Assembly (NCBI GenBank): GCA_030141605.1
Contig: JAQGDQ010002371.1
Location: 310,001 to 374,000, forward strand
Length of the DNA stretch: 64,000 bases
Source of the DNA: Tubiluchus corallicola
Lineage: Eukaryota; Animalia; Priapulida
Direction of reading: 5' to 3'
Shown here: in pieces, positions 36,901 to 51,000 of the stretch
Layout: every line of letters starts with the position of its first letter
How positions within the stretch are numbered: position 1 is the stretch's first letter
Position numbers and translations under genes: made by a program
Notes under the pieces: generated by a model
Database searches by the model: none
The model's input: only the letters and a program-made list of their open reading frames with translations
What the model was told of the DNA's origin: nothing

Positions 36901-39900
36901 TGGAATAGTAGACAACTTTTTACAGGTTTGCTTAATTAGTGTAAACTAAAGACAGACGATTCACTAATGATTGAGTATAAATGGAGAATCAGCGAGTCTC
37001 TGTGAGGTCTTAAAATGAATAAGATTAATTGTTCAAACTCCTACATAATACAAGATGCTCCCACATGGAGTAGGCAGTTGAGAGTGTAATGACAAACCAC
37101 TTACAGAGCAGCAAAGATTTCCTAAAACGAGAGAGATTTATGGGGTGGCTTGCAGCCTGTCAATGAAGTTCAAACTACAGAGTCTGTGAGCGCATCCAGT
37201 GAAATTCGCGGGGTCAAAGCCTAGACTGCGAATGCGTTTTTATGCCATTCAGAAAATTTTGGAAGATTTAGGTACTCTTATAACTTATAAATTTTTACAG
37301 ATCATCTGAAAATGTCCAAGTATAATTTTAAATTTTATGACAAAGTCCTCAAACCCTAGACTTTAGGTTTTAGAAATTTCTAACACCAACAAAAAGCCAA
37401 AATCTTCGTAAGGCATCAGTGAGTAGCGTGGAGGGCTTCTTGACCTTGCAAAAAGCATTGATCTAATGACTGACAATGATAATAAAGTTTCCTTGTGTGA
37501 CTAATTATTAGTGATTATTAGTTATAATGTAAAGTTACACGAATTTTTATTTTTGTATTGCATTTCTGGATCACAATTTCACAAATCTTAAATATGCTAA
37601 CATTTATCATATCATATTAACTATCGTACTTCTGCTCACATATAACAATTTCTGATCATATTACATTGCCATAATCACTTAAATGCACATTCAACAACTC
37701 TATGAAATGACACTTTCAGTAGCTGATGTTTGAAACCTACAAGTCTCAAAAAAAATCTCCAAGATCATTGCAGGCTTTTGCTTGTTTTTATAAATTGACA
37801 AAATAAGAAGTCTGCATAAAATTTCCATGATTTGTGAACAAAAAAAGTTATTATTTTAACAGATGTATCAAAATAATCCTATTTCATGTGTTCGTCAAGA
37901 TTTACAAATGGTGGCAAACCCATTAATCAGAATTGAAGGTTTTAGCTACATTAGCCAGTGCTCAAATTGAGGGTGTATGGGGGTATACAATGTGTATATT
38001 ATTGAAAAAGTAAATGCAAGCAAAATTGAGTGCGAGTAGAACACACAATAAGACAAAATGAAAATGATAAATGAATGGTTATCAATTACCCATAAAAATT
38101 ACCAATGAACTATTGCTCAGATTTTAGATTTTTAGGTTTAGAAAATAACTTTTATTATATTTGTTGACCAAAACATGTAGCGAAAATGAGTTATAAAATA
38201 AGCGGAAAACTTTCTTACGAATACTCCCACATACCTTTCGGCTCAAAATACCCTTAAATGGTGTAAAATGCATTAACAACCGAAGCACTGCCACAAACTC
38301 TGCTGGGGAGACCCTATGCAGAGATCGGAAAACTCGGGCAAAGTGACAATTTTTTTAATTTTAATCAAGTTTGCTTATTCAAGTTCGCTTATTCTATTAA
38401 CATTTTAAATGTGAGAGAATAACATGCTGGCCAGCAGAGCGGGATAACACTTGCAAATGTGGATGGCACACACACCGAATTGGGGTGTCTTGGTACATAG
38501 AAACTTACATGTTAAAATGTACAAGAAAATCAATGGTTTTCACATAGACAATCCCTAATGCTGTATCTCCAGTAAAATGTGAAACAGCTGCAAAATCCTG
38601 CAATTTCAGACATGAAGATTTTACCAGACACAGATGAAACATGATGGAGTTAGGAAAGCACAGAAAGAGAGGAATCGGGCAAAATACCTTTGTCCAACCA
38701 TCGCAGTCAACAATATGAAACACTTTCCCATAAAAGACGACATTAATGCCAACATTAAAGTCTTTCCAGTGCCATGGAGTGCCGTCATCTAGTTTTGGAA
38801 TTTTTTGTCGTTTTAACAACTTGCCCTGAAAATAAAACATTTGAATGTTGATGTAGTGGAAGTTCAGGGCAAATGAACAGAAAGGTGATTTTTGTAATGT
38901 AAGGATCAGGAATAGTGTAACCTAACTACGTAAGAGCAAGCTTAACCCATTTACATTGAGGGCAATGTCTCTCTGCACCAATGTTAATTGAAAGTTCTTC
39001 CCTTAAATTTTCAGAACACTTCTCAGCTGGTTTAATTTTAGGAGTTTAAGATGACAAATCTCGGGACTCCACTCTAGCAACTGCTGCAATACACAGATTG
39101 GCAGTGCATGCAAAGCCAACCCTACCCAGCCCATTCCCGCAAAATGTTGCTCACTGACAGCAACTACAACATAAAATCTTCGACAATCCAAAAAAGCACA
39201 AAAATGCATACATGTTTAGTAGCAATTTGTTAATTATTCCAATAATTGTTATAAACTTACCAGACTACCAGAAAATGCTAAGCAAATCACTTCAAAGAAG
39301 GATTCATTTATTTCATTTAAAAATATTAAGATTTTGTATGAAAGATTAAACATTGTTACCCTTTGACCAAAATGCTAGGCGCTAACAAAAAAAGACAATG
39401 GATGTACAAACGTGTTGTAAACTTATAGTTTTTTCATATACTGCAATAAAATTAGTTCATATGAAATTTATACATGATCAATCTAAGACTAAAGTCAGCA
39501 ACAATATGGGTTTAAATGACATAAGGTACCCCAGCTATACTTTGTGAAAGGGTTCATCTCATATTCAATCTGATCCAGCAGCATATTTTTCTAAGTCTTT
39601 TTTTTGGTTTGGAGAAATAAATCTGACTCATTCTAACCTTTCCAGCCATTACATGTTGCACAATCATAAAATTCCTGTTTTATTGATAAACAAGCAGAAT
39701 TAAAGCTAGTGCGGATGGAAAAAAGAATAAAAATAATACTAAGAATGTGCACTTGATTTTGATTCTCACAGTATAGTTCAATACATTCTCCAGCTATGTT
39801 TGTGAGTAACCTTTGTCAGCTTGTCAGTTGAAAATATAAAAGAAGCATTCGATTAGCCATTGCAACATAGATACACTAATTGATTTTTCCTAATCCCTCT

Positions 39901-41611
39901 ATTACTTAAATCTTTCATTTCTTTTCTCATCACTTCAACATGGAAGAATTTTTTGCTTTTTCGCTTGTTTACAAAATTTAGTAAACAGTATGAAGTAGTT
40001 CACGACTGTAATCTAATTCATAGAATTACTAGACACAAACCAAGAGGCAAACCAAATATCGGCAAGCATAGTGTCAATTTTTTGTGCTAAGCATGTGGCG
40101 CCGTCTATTAATAAAAGAAAAAACACCATAACCTAACTGGTGGATACCTATTTTATAACGGTAGAGACTGTTCAATGTTCATTAAACTTTAATCACCTGT
40201 GGAATGCCACTATTGATTACAGTGGGCTCATTAACGACAATGCTATCATCTTCCAGATAATAGTAAATGTTTACAGGGCGAATTCGCATTGTTTCCTCAG
40301 CAGCTTCAACAACAGTTTCTGTGAAGTATGCATTAAATTTAAGAACCTAAAAAAATGAATTCAAACTTCAGCTCAAAAGAATATAATAAAATTAAGAATT
40401 ATAAAGTTATTAAGTGGAACAAGGACTTTGAAATCAATATGGATTTATATGTCCAATATTGCAATTATCATAATTTAAAGGCAATAAAAGTTGACATGCT
40501 GGTTAAAAGAGTAAAAATGACTAAAAAAATCAATAGTCAGAAAAGTGGAAGACAAAAGTTATTTAAAAATTGTATAGTGTTTTAAAGAAAATACTACACG
40601 TCATAATACGTGTCACATGTAGTGAAACACATTACGTAAAACCTGAATAAAATGTACCTTTTTGTCAAATACGAAATGGGCTGGCAAGAACTGTGTTTGA
40701 GGAACTAACTGAGAAATTTGACCTGGCCCTGCTCTGTAAGCTGCTGCAGAACGTGGTCCTGCAGCTGAAAGTGTCTTTGTTGCCCTTGCACCAATTTCAT
40801 ACACATATTCTGGATGCTCTGGAAGATTCTTGTCGGCTGCTTCAGATATAGATTTTGCTTTCAAAGGCTCACCACCAATGCCAGATTTTGGAGCATTACG
40901 CATTGGATACCCATTCACATATCCAAGAGATTGTTGTCGATGAAATGCCATTTTCTAAAAAATTGGTCGTTGCAACTAATTATAAGAATCGGTGAAACTT
41001 GGGACTTGGCACAATCAAAGAAACTTGCATACACATCTATTATATTGTAATATATACTACTAAGTGATAAACTGTTACAATGTTCATGAAAAACTGAACC
41101 AAATAACCAGCTGACTACACAATCTTTTACATCATTACATACATGCAGAATGTTACCTTTATGCATAGGTGCACACTACACACTATGCATACTATGTAGT
41201 AACTACTAAATTAGTCAGAAGACCCATAGGCCTGCACAGACATAGTAAGCCTATTAGCATATTTTCATGTTTAAGATCATGATTGAAGCAATGGTAACAG
41301 ATTAGTAGGCTACTAAATTAGGAAAAAGTTTAGCGTTAAATTAAATAAAGACAGTGATCAAGTGTGAAGTGAAGCAGATTATACGAGTACACTACAATAA
41401 TTGCAAGGCAAACAAAAACCGAATCACTGTAAAACATCAATGAAGTATATAAATGTTAGTTACAACTTGAAGTTTTAAACTGCATGTGCTTTTGAAGAAT
41501 TAACAATTTACATAACGCCCGCCTTGTGGCATTTTGGAAATTTAGAAAAACAAACAAACTTACGCTAGGGTCTTTAAAACTGTAACCTGGCAGTTTTGGC
41601 ATCTCCTCCAT
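30650..41611 (-). CDS. EFHC1: EF-hand domain-containing protein 1 (Rib72/myoclonin-1 homolog; 3 DM10 domains plus EF-hand), ~669 aa, 15 exons
   Basis: Exons 41611-41564, 40954-40658, 40346-40197, 38825-38688, 36877-36650, 36431-36311, 36207-36102, 34601-34478, 33766-33626, 33394-33283, 33092-32910, 32550-32478, 31845-31732, 31398-31305, 30730-30650. All GT-AG and phase-consistent. Motifs [83 protein letters not shown]. Confidence 0.95.
30866..30939. repeat. (TA)n-rich microsatellite
   Basis: Read directly, in the last EFHC1 intron. Confidence 0.85.
33841..33868. repeat. (TAA)n microsatellite
   Basis: Read directly. Confidence 0.85.
35085..35881. mobile_element. Foldback/MULE-like MITE with tandem subterminal repeats
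   Basis: Left arm has repeats of GG(T/A)AAAAATGGCA(C). Right arm has the reverse complement TGCCATTTTT(A/T)CC about 6-7 times. Degenerate 8-bp flanks gccactaa/ggtactaa. It contains TTAGGGTTAGGG and a nested HINE-like piece (35220-35380). Confidence 0.55.
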
Positions 41612-42005
41612 GGTCGTCTTACTTTAGCTTATTGTCCTAAATTCCACGTGTTTCTTTATCAAATTTTGCAAATTTACAATTTTTGTCAAATTTTAAGTAT
41701 AAAAGTGTGCAAACAGCACTGCGACAACAGAATATTACTTTAGCTCTGTTGCCAATGACGCGTTTCTGTGTTTGTATAATTGACGTATGCTGGAACTCGG
41801 TGCGCATGCTCAATAGATTTTAGCAGGCGGGTTGCCTTTGCTAGTTTGCCATAGTTAATGCTGGTGCAAGCGACCAAGCGTTAGGCTGACAAGTTTAACA
41901 GGTTGCAAAAGCATAACCGTGTCGGCAATGGACGGATTGATGTTTTGATATCATGTTCATAGAGAAAAATCGCTGTTTAATTCCAATGAGAGTTTTTGTG
42001 ATAAA
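41612..42005. promoter_or_regulatory. Bidirectional promoter region EFHC1/PHLPP with X-box-like motifs
   Basis: Only 394 bp separate the divergent ATGs. GTTGCC half-sites at 41748 and 41831, and TTTGCCATAGTTAA at 41845-41858, resemble RFX X-boxes. Confidence 0.55.
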
Positions 42006-45000
42006 ATGGATCGAATAGAGAAAGACAGCATTAGATCACAGTATTCTATGCTCAGTTATAAAGTGCGCTCGGGTCAGAACTGGTGGAAAGAGTTTATGGG
42101 CGAAAAGGGTATCGACTCTGTTTCTCGTAGCTCAAGTAGCAGATCACCAGAAAGTCGCAATATAGGACAAATAGAAGATGATATTGATAACTGGGAAATA
42201 AGTGAAAATTATGAGAAAGATAGGTCTCCTACGAGTAGTAGCAGTTCTTCGTTTTCTCGAACACATTCACAAGGTACTGAGCGCCAGTTTGAGGCTGAAC
42301 ATTGGCTGGGAGACACCAACCATGGTTATATCCGTGTTTATGATCCAGACACAAGCGTTTTGAAGTCTCGTTGTATACCGTGTTCACTGAGTACGACGGC
42401 ACATCAGATTTGTCTAAAACTTAACGCATTGTCAAATGCTCTGCACATTCAGTACAATGGCGGGACCATTAAACGGTTAGAGCCGTATGACCACCCCCTT
42501 GCTCTTCAAAATGAATATCTGACGAGACTTGGTTATACCGACATTTGTAGGATACAAGAGGTTGGACAAAGCAAAGAACTAGGCTACTTAATTCGATTTT
42601 ATGTTGGTAGGTATAAAGTGATGTTATCATGGCATTAAGAATTCCGGCAAAGTTTTATCATTCGATGAGTTCATTTATGAAGCCTCTTTAAATATTAGAA
42701 CTTCCGAATTTTAAACGTGTAATAATTACTTAGTAATATGTTGCTGTAGCTGTACTGTACTAGTTAGCAGCATTCTGTACACCAGGCTTGTATCATGCCA
42801 GGATAATAGAATGGCCTGCTCTACATTTATTTTATTATAGTTGGCCATAAAAATATCTAAGCAGTTTACAATTACAATACTTTGTGTGTATGTAAGTGTA
42901 AGTTCTTTTTCTGGGTACAAGGTACCCAAGTGAGCAATGTGGAGTTTAATTTTGAATAATTTGGAAACTTTGCAACCTGTTTTGCATGCTAAACAAGAAA
43001 AATTCCTGTTGTCTGTCTTGGCACACATATAAGACAATTATTCTCGAACAAGGAACCATTGTTCGTTAACGTTGGCGAGTGCTTGTTTTGCCCTTCGGCA
43101 ATAACTTTCTACCACTTCATGGACAGCAAAAACTTAGCCAAGCATCTGAGAAAAACATAATTTTAACTACAGAAATTTTTTAATGTTCGTTTGGGGAACA
43201 CATATGACAGTATGTTGCTCATATTATGTAGCATGCAGCAGTTAACATACTTAGCATGTAATAGTACATAAATACCCAAAGCAATAATTATACACCAATG
43301 AAATGAAACAAAATTATTTAACAAAAAGGCCAAGATAAGGAAAAATCAAAAATGCTCTACGTGAGCTGTTTTGGCTTTTAAAAATAACTCCTTCAACTAA
43401 TATGCTGCTGCTTTTGGGTGCAAAGGTTTCAGTTATAAATCTATAATCTAACAGTACAAGCTAAGAAATAAACAAAAAAGTGAAGAAAAAACATTTCGTA
43501 AAATGACAAAATCGCGGTTCGCAAACAAACAGTTATTTTGAATTGTTTATATTTTAAAAGAAAAATTATGTATACAGCTATTAATTGTCTATCATCATAC
43601 CTGGGGTCGTTTAATTGTGTATGTACTGTACACATTGCCCAGCTTAAAATGTTTGATTGGTTGACATTTGCCGTCACCCATAAGTAGGATGTAAGTCACG
43701 AACTATCAGGAAGATAGCTATCATTAATCCTGTGAATGTTTTTAGTTTTGTTTCATGCCTCGCCAGCTACGGGCCCTTATTACTTGAAATAATCTGTAAT
43801 GAACAGTTTTTTGTAATCTGAAGCTAGTGTCGCAATAAGCACCCTGATTTCCTACTGATCTCACTTGACTGTTCTGTAAAACAATTACTCAAACCAATTG
43901 GTGAAATAAAAGACACACAAAACGCTATATAAGAAGATGTGATTGAAATTAGGAAAAAACAAAATGATTTAGGCAGAAAATACTCAAACATTAAGAAACA
44001 GAAAAAAGCACTGACCGAGCAAGTTAGAAAACTCTCAGGACTTACATTAGAGATATTAGAAAAAGAAAAATGTGCCAAAAATATCGTAGTTTTTGGGCTA
44101 GCTGAACCCGAAGCGGATGGTGACCAAAGTGATATAGGGAATGTAATCACATCATTGATGACATCAAAGCGAGCGTACAGACCACGCCCTGTACTAGTAC
44201 AGCTGTATTCAAGCAGTGAGGCAACAAGCACTGTTCGGGGCAAAGAGACTGAAAGATGCGAGTGCGCAGTACAGACGTGTCTTTATCAGTCCAAATACAA
44301 GCCCCACAGTGCAGAAGGAGCATCAAAGCCTATTGAAGGTGTTAAAAGATGAGAAAAGCAAAGTTGAAAATGAACTTGAGAATTGACTGGAAAAATAAAT
44401 GTGTTCAATGAAACAACGAAACAATAATATTTTCTATACTCAGGTTTTTTTAATAACAGGGTAGATGCGCACAATAACAATGCTAAGCTACTGTCATGGA
44501 ACATACACTCAGTGACTGATAAATGTGAGAACATGTTCGATAAAGTTATCACCTTGTTTTGCTTGCATGATATCATTTGTTTGCAAGAAATTAGCACTTA
44601 TTGTTTTACTATCCCCAGTTTTAATGTACTAATACGTAGCAAATATAGCAACAAACGTACTATTAAAGGTGGTATTTTTGTATATCTTAGGCAATAATAT
44701 TTCTGATTATGTAATATTTGTAGATGATTCAACCCCTTGTCAAATGTGGTTAAGACTGCAATAGCCTGGCTAACATTCTTATTTGCTTCTGCTATGTTAC
44801 AAGGCACAACTATTGAAGCACAAGAGAATAATGAGAAGTACTTTATAATTGGTGATCTAAATGTAAGATGTGGTCAATGTAGAAATATACTGACAGAAGG
44901 GAACCAATGGAGGTATGCACATAATCCTGATATAAGAAGGAACACAACAGGCACGCGACTTTTGCAACTATGTAGGGATAATCACTTGATCCCCCTTAAT

Positions 45001-48000
45001 CATTTAGTAACATGTAACAGCTATGGTGATGGTTTGACGTTTAGGAAGCGCCAGAATTGGATATCCCAGCTAGACTTCCAATTGATGGAGTAACTTCCAT
45101 TGTCTTATGTTGAACTTGTGATGATAAACTTCGAAGTTTTTGTGCTCGGCAGGATATCGACTTATCACAATATGAGTCTGTCATATATCCAACAAGATGG
45201 GATATCGACGACCTATGTCAGAATGCCAAAGACATCAAATATGATTCTGCAACCAAATGTAGAATACAAAACGATACTTCAAGTAGACGAGCAGCAAACG
45301 CGAGATGCATTAATTTATTAAAATCTGGTAATATGAAGGCAATATGATGTGCTGTGGATGATGACCTATTCACACCAGATGAAGTCAATAATACTATCAT
45401 TAGTCTAAAACCCAACAAGTCGCCAGGCTGTGATAGTGGTAATGATATTATTGATCAAGTGTGTATCTGCACTATGGATTACGTTTATGACTGCATGTTT
45501 TAATACGGTACTTTCATCAGTTTACTACCCTAATAATTGGACTAAAACAAAGTTGGTAGTCTTGCAGAAAGGCAGTCGTCATGACTGCAATAACTACCAT
45601 GGTATCTCGATTTTGGACTTATGTCCATAGATATTTGACGGACTGATTAATACTCTCTTACAGCTCTGGTGGCAGCCTGGCCCAGAACAGGCTGGTGGAG
45701 AAAAAGAAAGAGGCTGTTTAGAACAAGCAGTTACGTTGCGCTTACTAACAGATTCAGCAAAAATAATACGATGCAAATTGTACATTGTATTCATCGATTT
45801 TGCTAAGGTGTATGGCATCGTATCAATGCACAAACTCATTCAAGAATTAGTGAAATTAGGATGTCGTCAAACAATAACACGTAAATCCAGGCCATGTACA
45901 TGAAAACTATGCAGCGCGTTAGGCTCTAGCTTGGTTACTAGTAAAATAGGTGTAAGACAGGCTGCGTCCTCGCGCAGCATGTTCGTGTTCACGTTATTCA
46001 TCAATCCTTTGATAAAAAGATTGGCTATAGTTCGGGATGACGATTTCTTGCCAAACAGACACGGTCTGTTAATGATGGTCAACTCTGTACTACTGCCTGT
46101 TCAAGAGAGCGCTGCATAGAAAAACCCACTATATTGAAGTCTTTTTGCGTTGAGCATGGTCTCGTAGTTAACGAGTTAAAGACGATGTTTCTTGTTATTA
46201 CATTGCAATGGTGAATAAAATGACCGCATGCCTATAATCGTTGAAAACTTACAAGCAAACTGGTGCTATAGCTACATCTACTTAGGCACAGTTTCTTTGT
46301 GCCGGCGGAAAATTGGCTCAGGCAATTGTGATTCAAAATAAGGAAAAACTTAACCACGAACTGAAATACGTAGCATTTGTCCGTAAGAACTTCTCCTGTC
46401 CAAGTATGGACTAAACAGACTTTGTTAAAAGCAGCTATATTATCTAGGCTTTTGTACAGCTGCGAGATATAGCTGTCCAATGATATAAGAAAATTGTCTT
46501 AATTGTGCACATCTGGAATTAAAAACTGCCTTGGAGTGCGCAAGGCAGTTCAAAATGACCTATCCCTTCTCGAGTTAGATATGCCATCGGCAGAGGCATA
46601 CATTAAGAGCCAGCACTACAGGTTTTTTACTAAGATGTTCAGTAATCCTGGTAAGCATCCTATATTAATGTATACGATAAATAAATGTCAGGCAATTTCT
46701 CTGTATGCGTACATCAACAGCATCATCACTCTGAGAAGAGACCCTGCAACTGAGGATAAACAAAACAAAGTGCAAGAATTGTGTGTGTTAACCTCTAGTA
46801 GGATAGTTACATACAGACTTTTGAATGAGGATTTATTTAGTTGGTCTATATATTCAAATAGTGCGGCGCCTGTTCAAAAACTCGAAAGAATTTCCCGGAC
46901 AAAGGCCAGAATATCAGGTCATAAATTGGCTACTGAAAGTGGCAAGTGAAAAATATACCTAGGCACAGGAGCTTTTGCGACTGCCCTACTAACGAAACCA
47001 AGGCCTGATCAAGACCAAGAACTTGTTTTCTGCAATTGAGCGAAGACTGACCTGGTCAGACCACTACCGTGGTTCTCTGATATTGATGTGGCATCGATCA
47101 GTTCTATATTCAGGCATAGCAGTAGCCAAACTGTTGTGAACTATATTCGCCACTGCCTTAAATGTTTTGCACAATGTTTTGCACATTGTTTCTTGTAGGA
47201 CTGGTAGTATAATGTAAAATACGTTAATTATATTGCGACACTCAGTTTAATCCCATTTTAGCACTTTTACGATCGGCAATGTATAAATGTTTTGGAGAAA
47301 ATGGGGTCGTTTGTGTGTCTTAATGTGTTGTTTTCTCTGCATCTACCCCGATTAAGTATAATAATAGTTGTTAGTCAATAAGTTACTTACTTGCTTATTG
47401 TTTACAAATTAATGTTTATTATGTAACAACATGTGTAGCCAGAGTGTAACCAATCGATGAATAAAATTTCACATTGAAACAACATTGTTGTGTGTATCAC
47501 TGGATTTAGAAACTTTTAAAACATCTACAGGACTCTGTATGGGGTGAAATTTACCATAAATGCTATCTGCGCTGCCGAGGTTGTTTAGCGTGAAGTTTTC
47601 AAGTAGCAGACTAGCATCTTAGATAGGCAACGATAATAGAACATAACACTTCAAGGAAGCTAATAAATGAAGTTCAATAGATAACATCGGTTTGTGTGGT
47701 TTTTGCAGCACCCGTTTATCAGACCTGCCTGATGCATTATTTTTTCTGCAGCTATTTCTTATTGATTTTTTATACGCAGCTATTCCTCAAGTGGATAACG
47801 CATAAGGCATTCCGAATGTTTGGTAAACAGCCGCGTAACGCATATGCGTTCCGGAACACCTCAGAACAAGTGAAGTTTTTGAAAAATTGACGTAGCTTAA
47901 TTCACAAGCAATAATACAAAACAATTTACAAAGTAACAAGCTTATAAATTAAAGAACTTACACATGCAATTATCAGTTATCAATTTTCGTAAGAACTGAT

Positions 48001-51000
48001 TATGTATATACAATTAGTTATGCTTCGTGTTGATATCACAAAAACACTAATTATGCTGAAATCTTGTGAATTGTGAATCAATGTTTTTTTTCAGGAAAAC
48101 CGACTCAAGATGGGACGTTTTCACGAAACAATGTTTCTGGTCAACTGTATGTTCGAAAAGGCAAAGTATTTCATCAGTGGGCCAAACGGTTTGTTGCCTT
48201 GTCTGGTACCAGACTTCTTGTATATCCTGGTAAGCGATTAACACAAAGCTTGTTATAGTTGTTAGCTATCTGTTGAAAAACTTTACGACGGGTTTATCTA
48301 CATATCTGAACTTCTGCTTCTTTGACCTGAAAACCACTAATTTAGTCAAATATAGCTAAAATAAACTGCCAATATAAGAAGTTTGCAACAAAATGAACTT
48401 TTATCCTGCTGGGCGAATTTGCAGCACAACGAATATAACAGTATAATTGTATTACCACGAAGACAATTGTCTTCTTCATGCAATCATTGGCAGCGTAATG
48501 ATTATACAAGTGTCTATTGTTTTAGAGAACTACTTTCCAAGCCTAACTTGACTTGGTTGGTTATGATTATTACCTATATTGAAAACTCCATTATGCACTG
48601 TATAGGATACATAAATTTATACATTTTAAGGTGAGATCCGTCTAAATTGTACAAGTGTCATCCACCCTGCACATTTTGAATAGGGATAATATTAAAAACC
48701 CATTAAACAAATTTTCATTAATTGCCATAGCAATTTCAGCGGCATACCCAGATTAATGATTTTCCATGCTTCCATTGTAAAATATTACTTCCTGGGCCAA
48801 ACACAAATTGCTGCGCCGTCCCATACCAGTTTTGAAATCAATTTGTGTGATATTATCAGTATGCGCGATTACTGCAGAAATTGCGTGTACAGATTTTTAA
48901 AGCTATTAAGATTTTATAGAATAAAACATCGAAAACTTGAAAGGTTTTAAATTATAGAACTTATAGATGTTCAAAGACGTATCAGCGAAACAGTGTATAA
49001 TATAATTAATATTTAAATTTGTTAAAAAATTCTTAACTATATGCTTAATCTACTGCATGCGTGAGCCCTTTTCTGTTCCTAACTATAACGATTTATAAGC
49101 GCTTACCTGTAGAGGGTTGAACATACAACGCCCAAACATTAATTTATTACGAATCCACTAAAACATGGCATAATAAATGTCAGATTGCATGACATCATTT
49201 GACATGGGATATTTACTGTACTATGTGTTTCACCCTTTGGCGGCCCATTTGGGCGGGTTATTAATTAATTGATTGTTTAAGGTCAGTGGGGCGTCCAGAA
49301 TAATACGTTTCAAGTTATTTTCAAGTATTTATGGTAATGAAAGAATGTGTTAATACTCAGCAACAATTATTTTTTATAATCTCTTGTTAGCTCGACTTAT
49401 GTTACTTACTGAATGCATAGCAAATTTCTAGTTTTGTAGATAACTTAACAAACCTCTATGTACATTGAACATTCGCCAAAGTGGGACTAACAGTTACTAT
49501 GCCTAGATCATTACTGCGTCTGTTACAAATTTCCAATACCTGTTTGCTTAGCAGCTTTGCAAATAAAACTTATGTGATTACTGCTCCAGTTATTAAAACT
49601 TGACATTGTGTGTTAAATTAATATTTTGCAGCTGATGGATAGATTTCTGCCTAATGTAACGTGTTCTACTTTTCAAACTAGGAATGTCTGAAAAACTGAC
49701 TTGTAGACATAGTTTCTAATTTCCTGGTAGAAATAATTTTGTTAGACTTATTGGGCTTAAATGGACTCCTCATGTTTCCGGCTTGTAATACCATCGAACC
49801 TCTCATCTACTGTTTTTGTTCCATCTCAGTTGGTTACATTTAATCAGTTTTAAACAAGATTGTGCTGGTACTTCTTCTGCTTAATTCACATTTTTATTGT
49901 CTAATGTTCCCATAACCATGGTCTCTCAGGACAATGATTACTTGTTCCACATGCAGTCTCTGAAATCACTTTGCCAAAAATTGATTTGTTAAAAGTTTTT
50001 TATTATTTGTACTTCTAGTTTCTCAGTCTACTGGTTCCTCTGTGCCATTTAGGGTTTAAATTGTTCTCGTATTCTCAGAGCAGAAAATTGTCACCAACAA
50101 AATTAAACGTAATTGTCACTAACAAAATTGATTAACAAAAATACTCCTCAAGTCTTAGGTACCAGAAACCATATCTAACTATTAGTGTGACGGTGGCACG
50201 GGATACAAAGACAACTCACTGCTTCCGTTGCTTTGTAGTTTTGTCTGTACAAAAAAGCATAGTGATGAGTTTGAATATTCATCGTTGGTTTGGTAATTGC
50301 TTTCTAAATGCGTCAAACTCATCTAAGGCACACATTTTAGCAATTACATGGCTGGGAGTTGTGCTTGTCGAATGTGACATGACAATACCAGTGATGAATG
50401 AGGAGTGTGACATCTAACCGCAGGCCATAAAACAATTCCGAGATGTTTGTTGGGGTCACATCTGTGAGCCTAGATTTGAAAGTTAAAACTACTGTCTGGA
50501 AATCCGATTTAAAAGTTTCAATATGTAGAGGCAATGTGCCAAAGTTACACGCTGACAGTTTTTATTGCAAGAAGATTAGATCAAGAAGGATAAATATATA
50601 TCTGTCATTAGTCTCAGTCCCTTCTAAGGCCTTTGATTTGATGATCTCGATTGTAATTTATGTTTGTTTAGCGTAGACTATTGATTAAAAATGTTTGCTG
50701 ACTTTATTTTATTTTATTTTAAATTTTGCACGTTCACGTAATATTTTGTTATTGTATTCCGTGAGAAAATAGTACATTATTAATGTTAAGTCAAAGAAAT
50801 GAGCTAAGTCAACCGGTCGCCAGCAATTACCCTGGATGCTTCAGGTTTCATAGCTTAAAGTTGACTCTAACACGGTGCGATTAGTAGCAAGCTCCTCAAT
50901 GTACCTGCTAAATATGACACCAAACTTATGTCAATTTTTGCACCAAACCAGAGTGAAAAAGGAGGTGAAAATAGGGAAAGATGCTGGCGAAAAAAAAACT

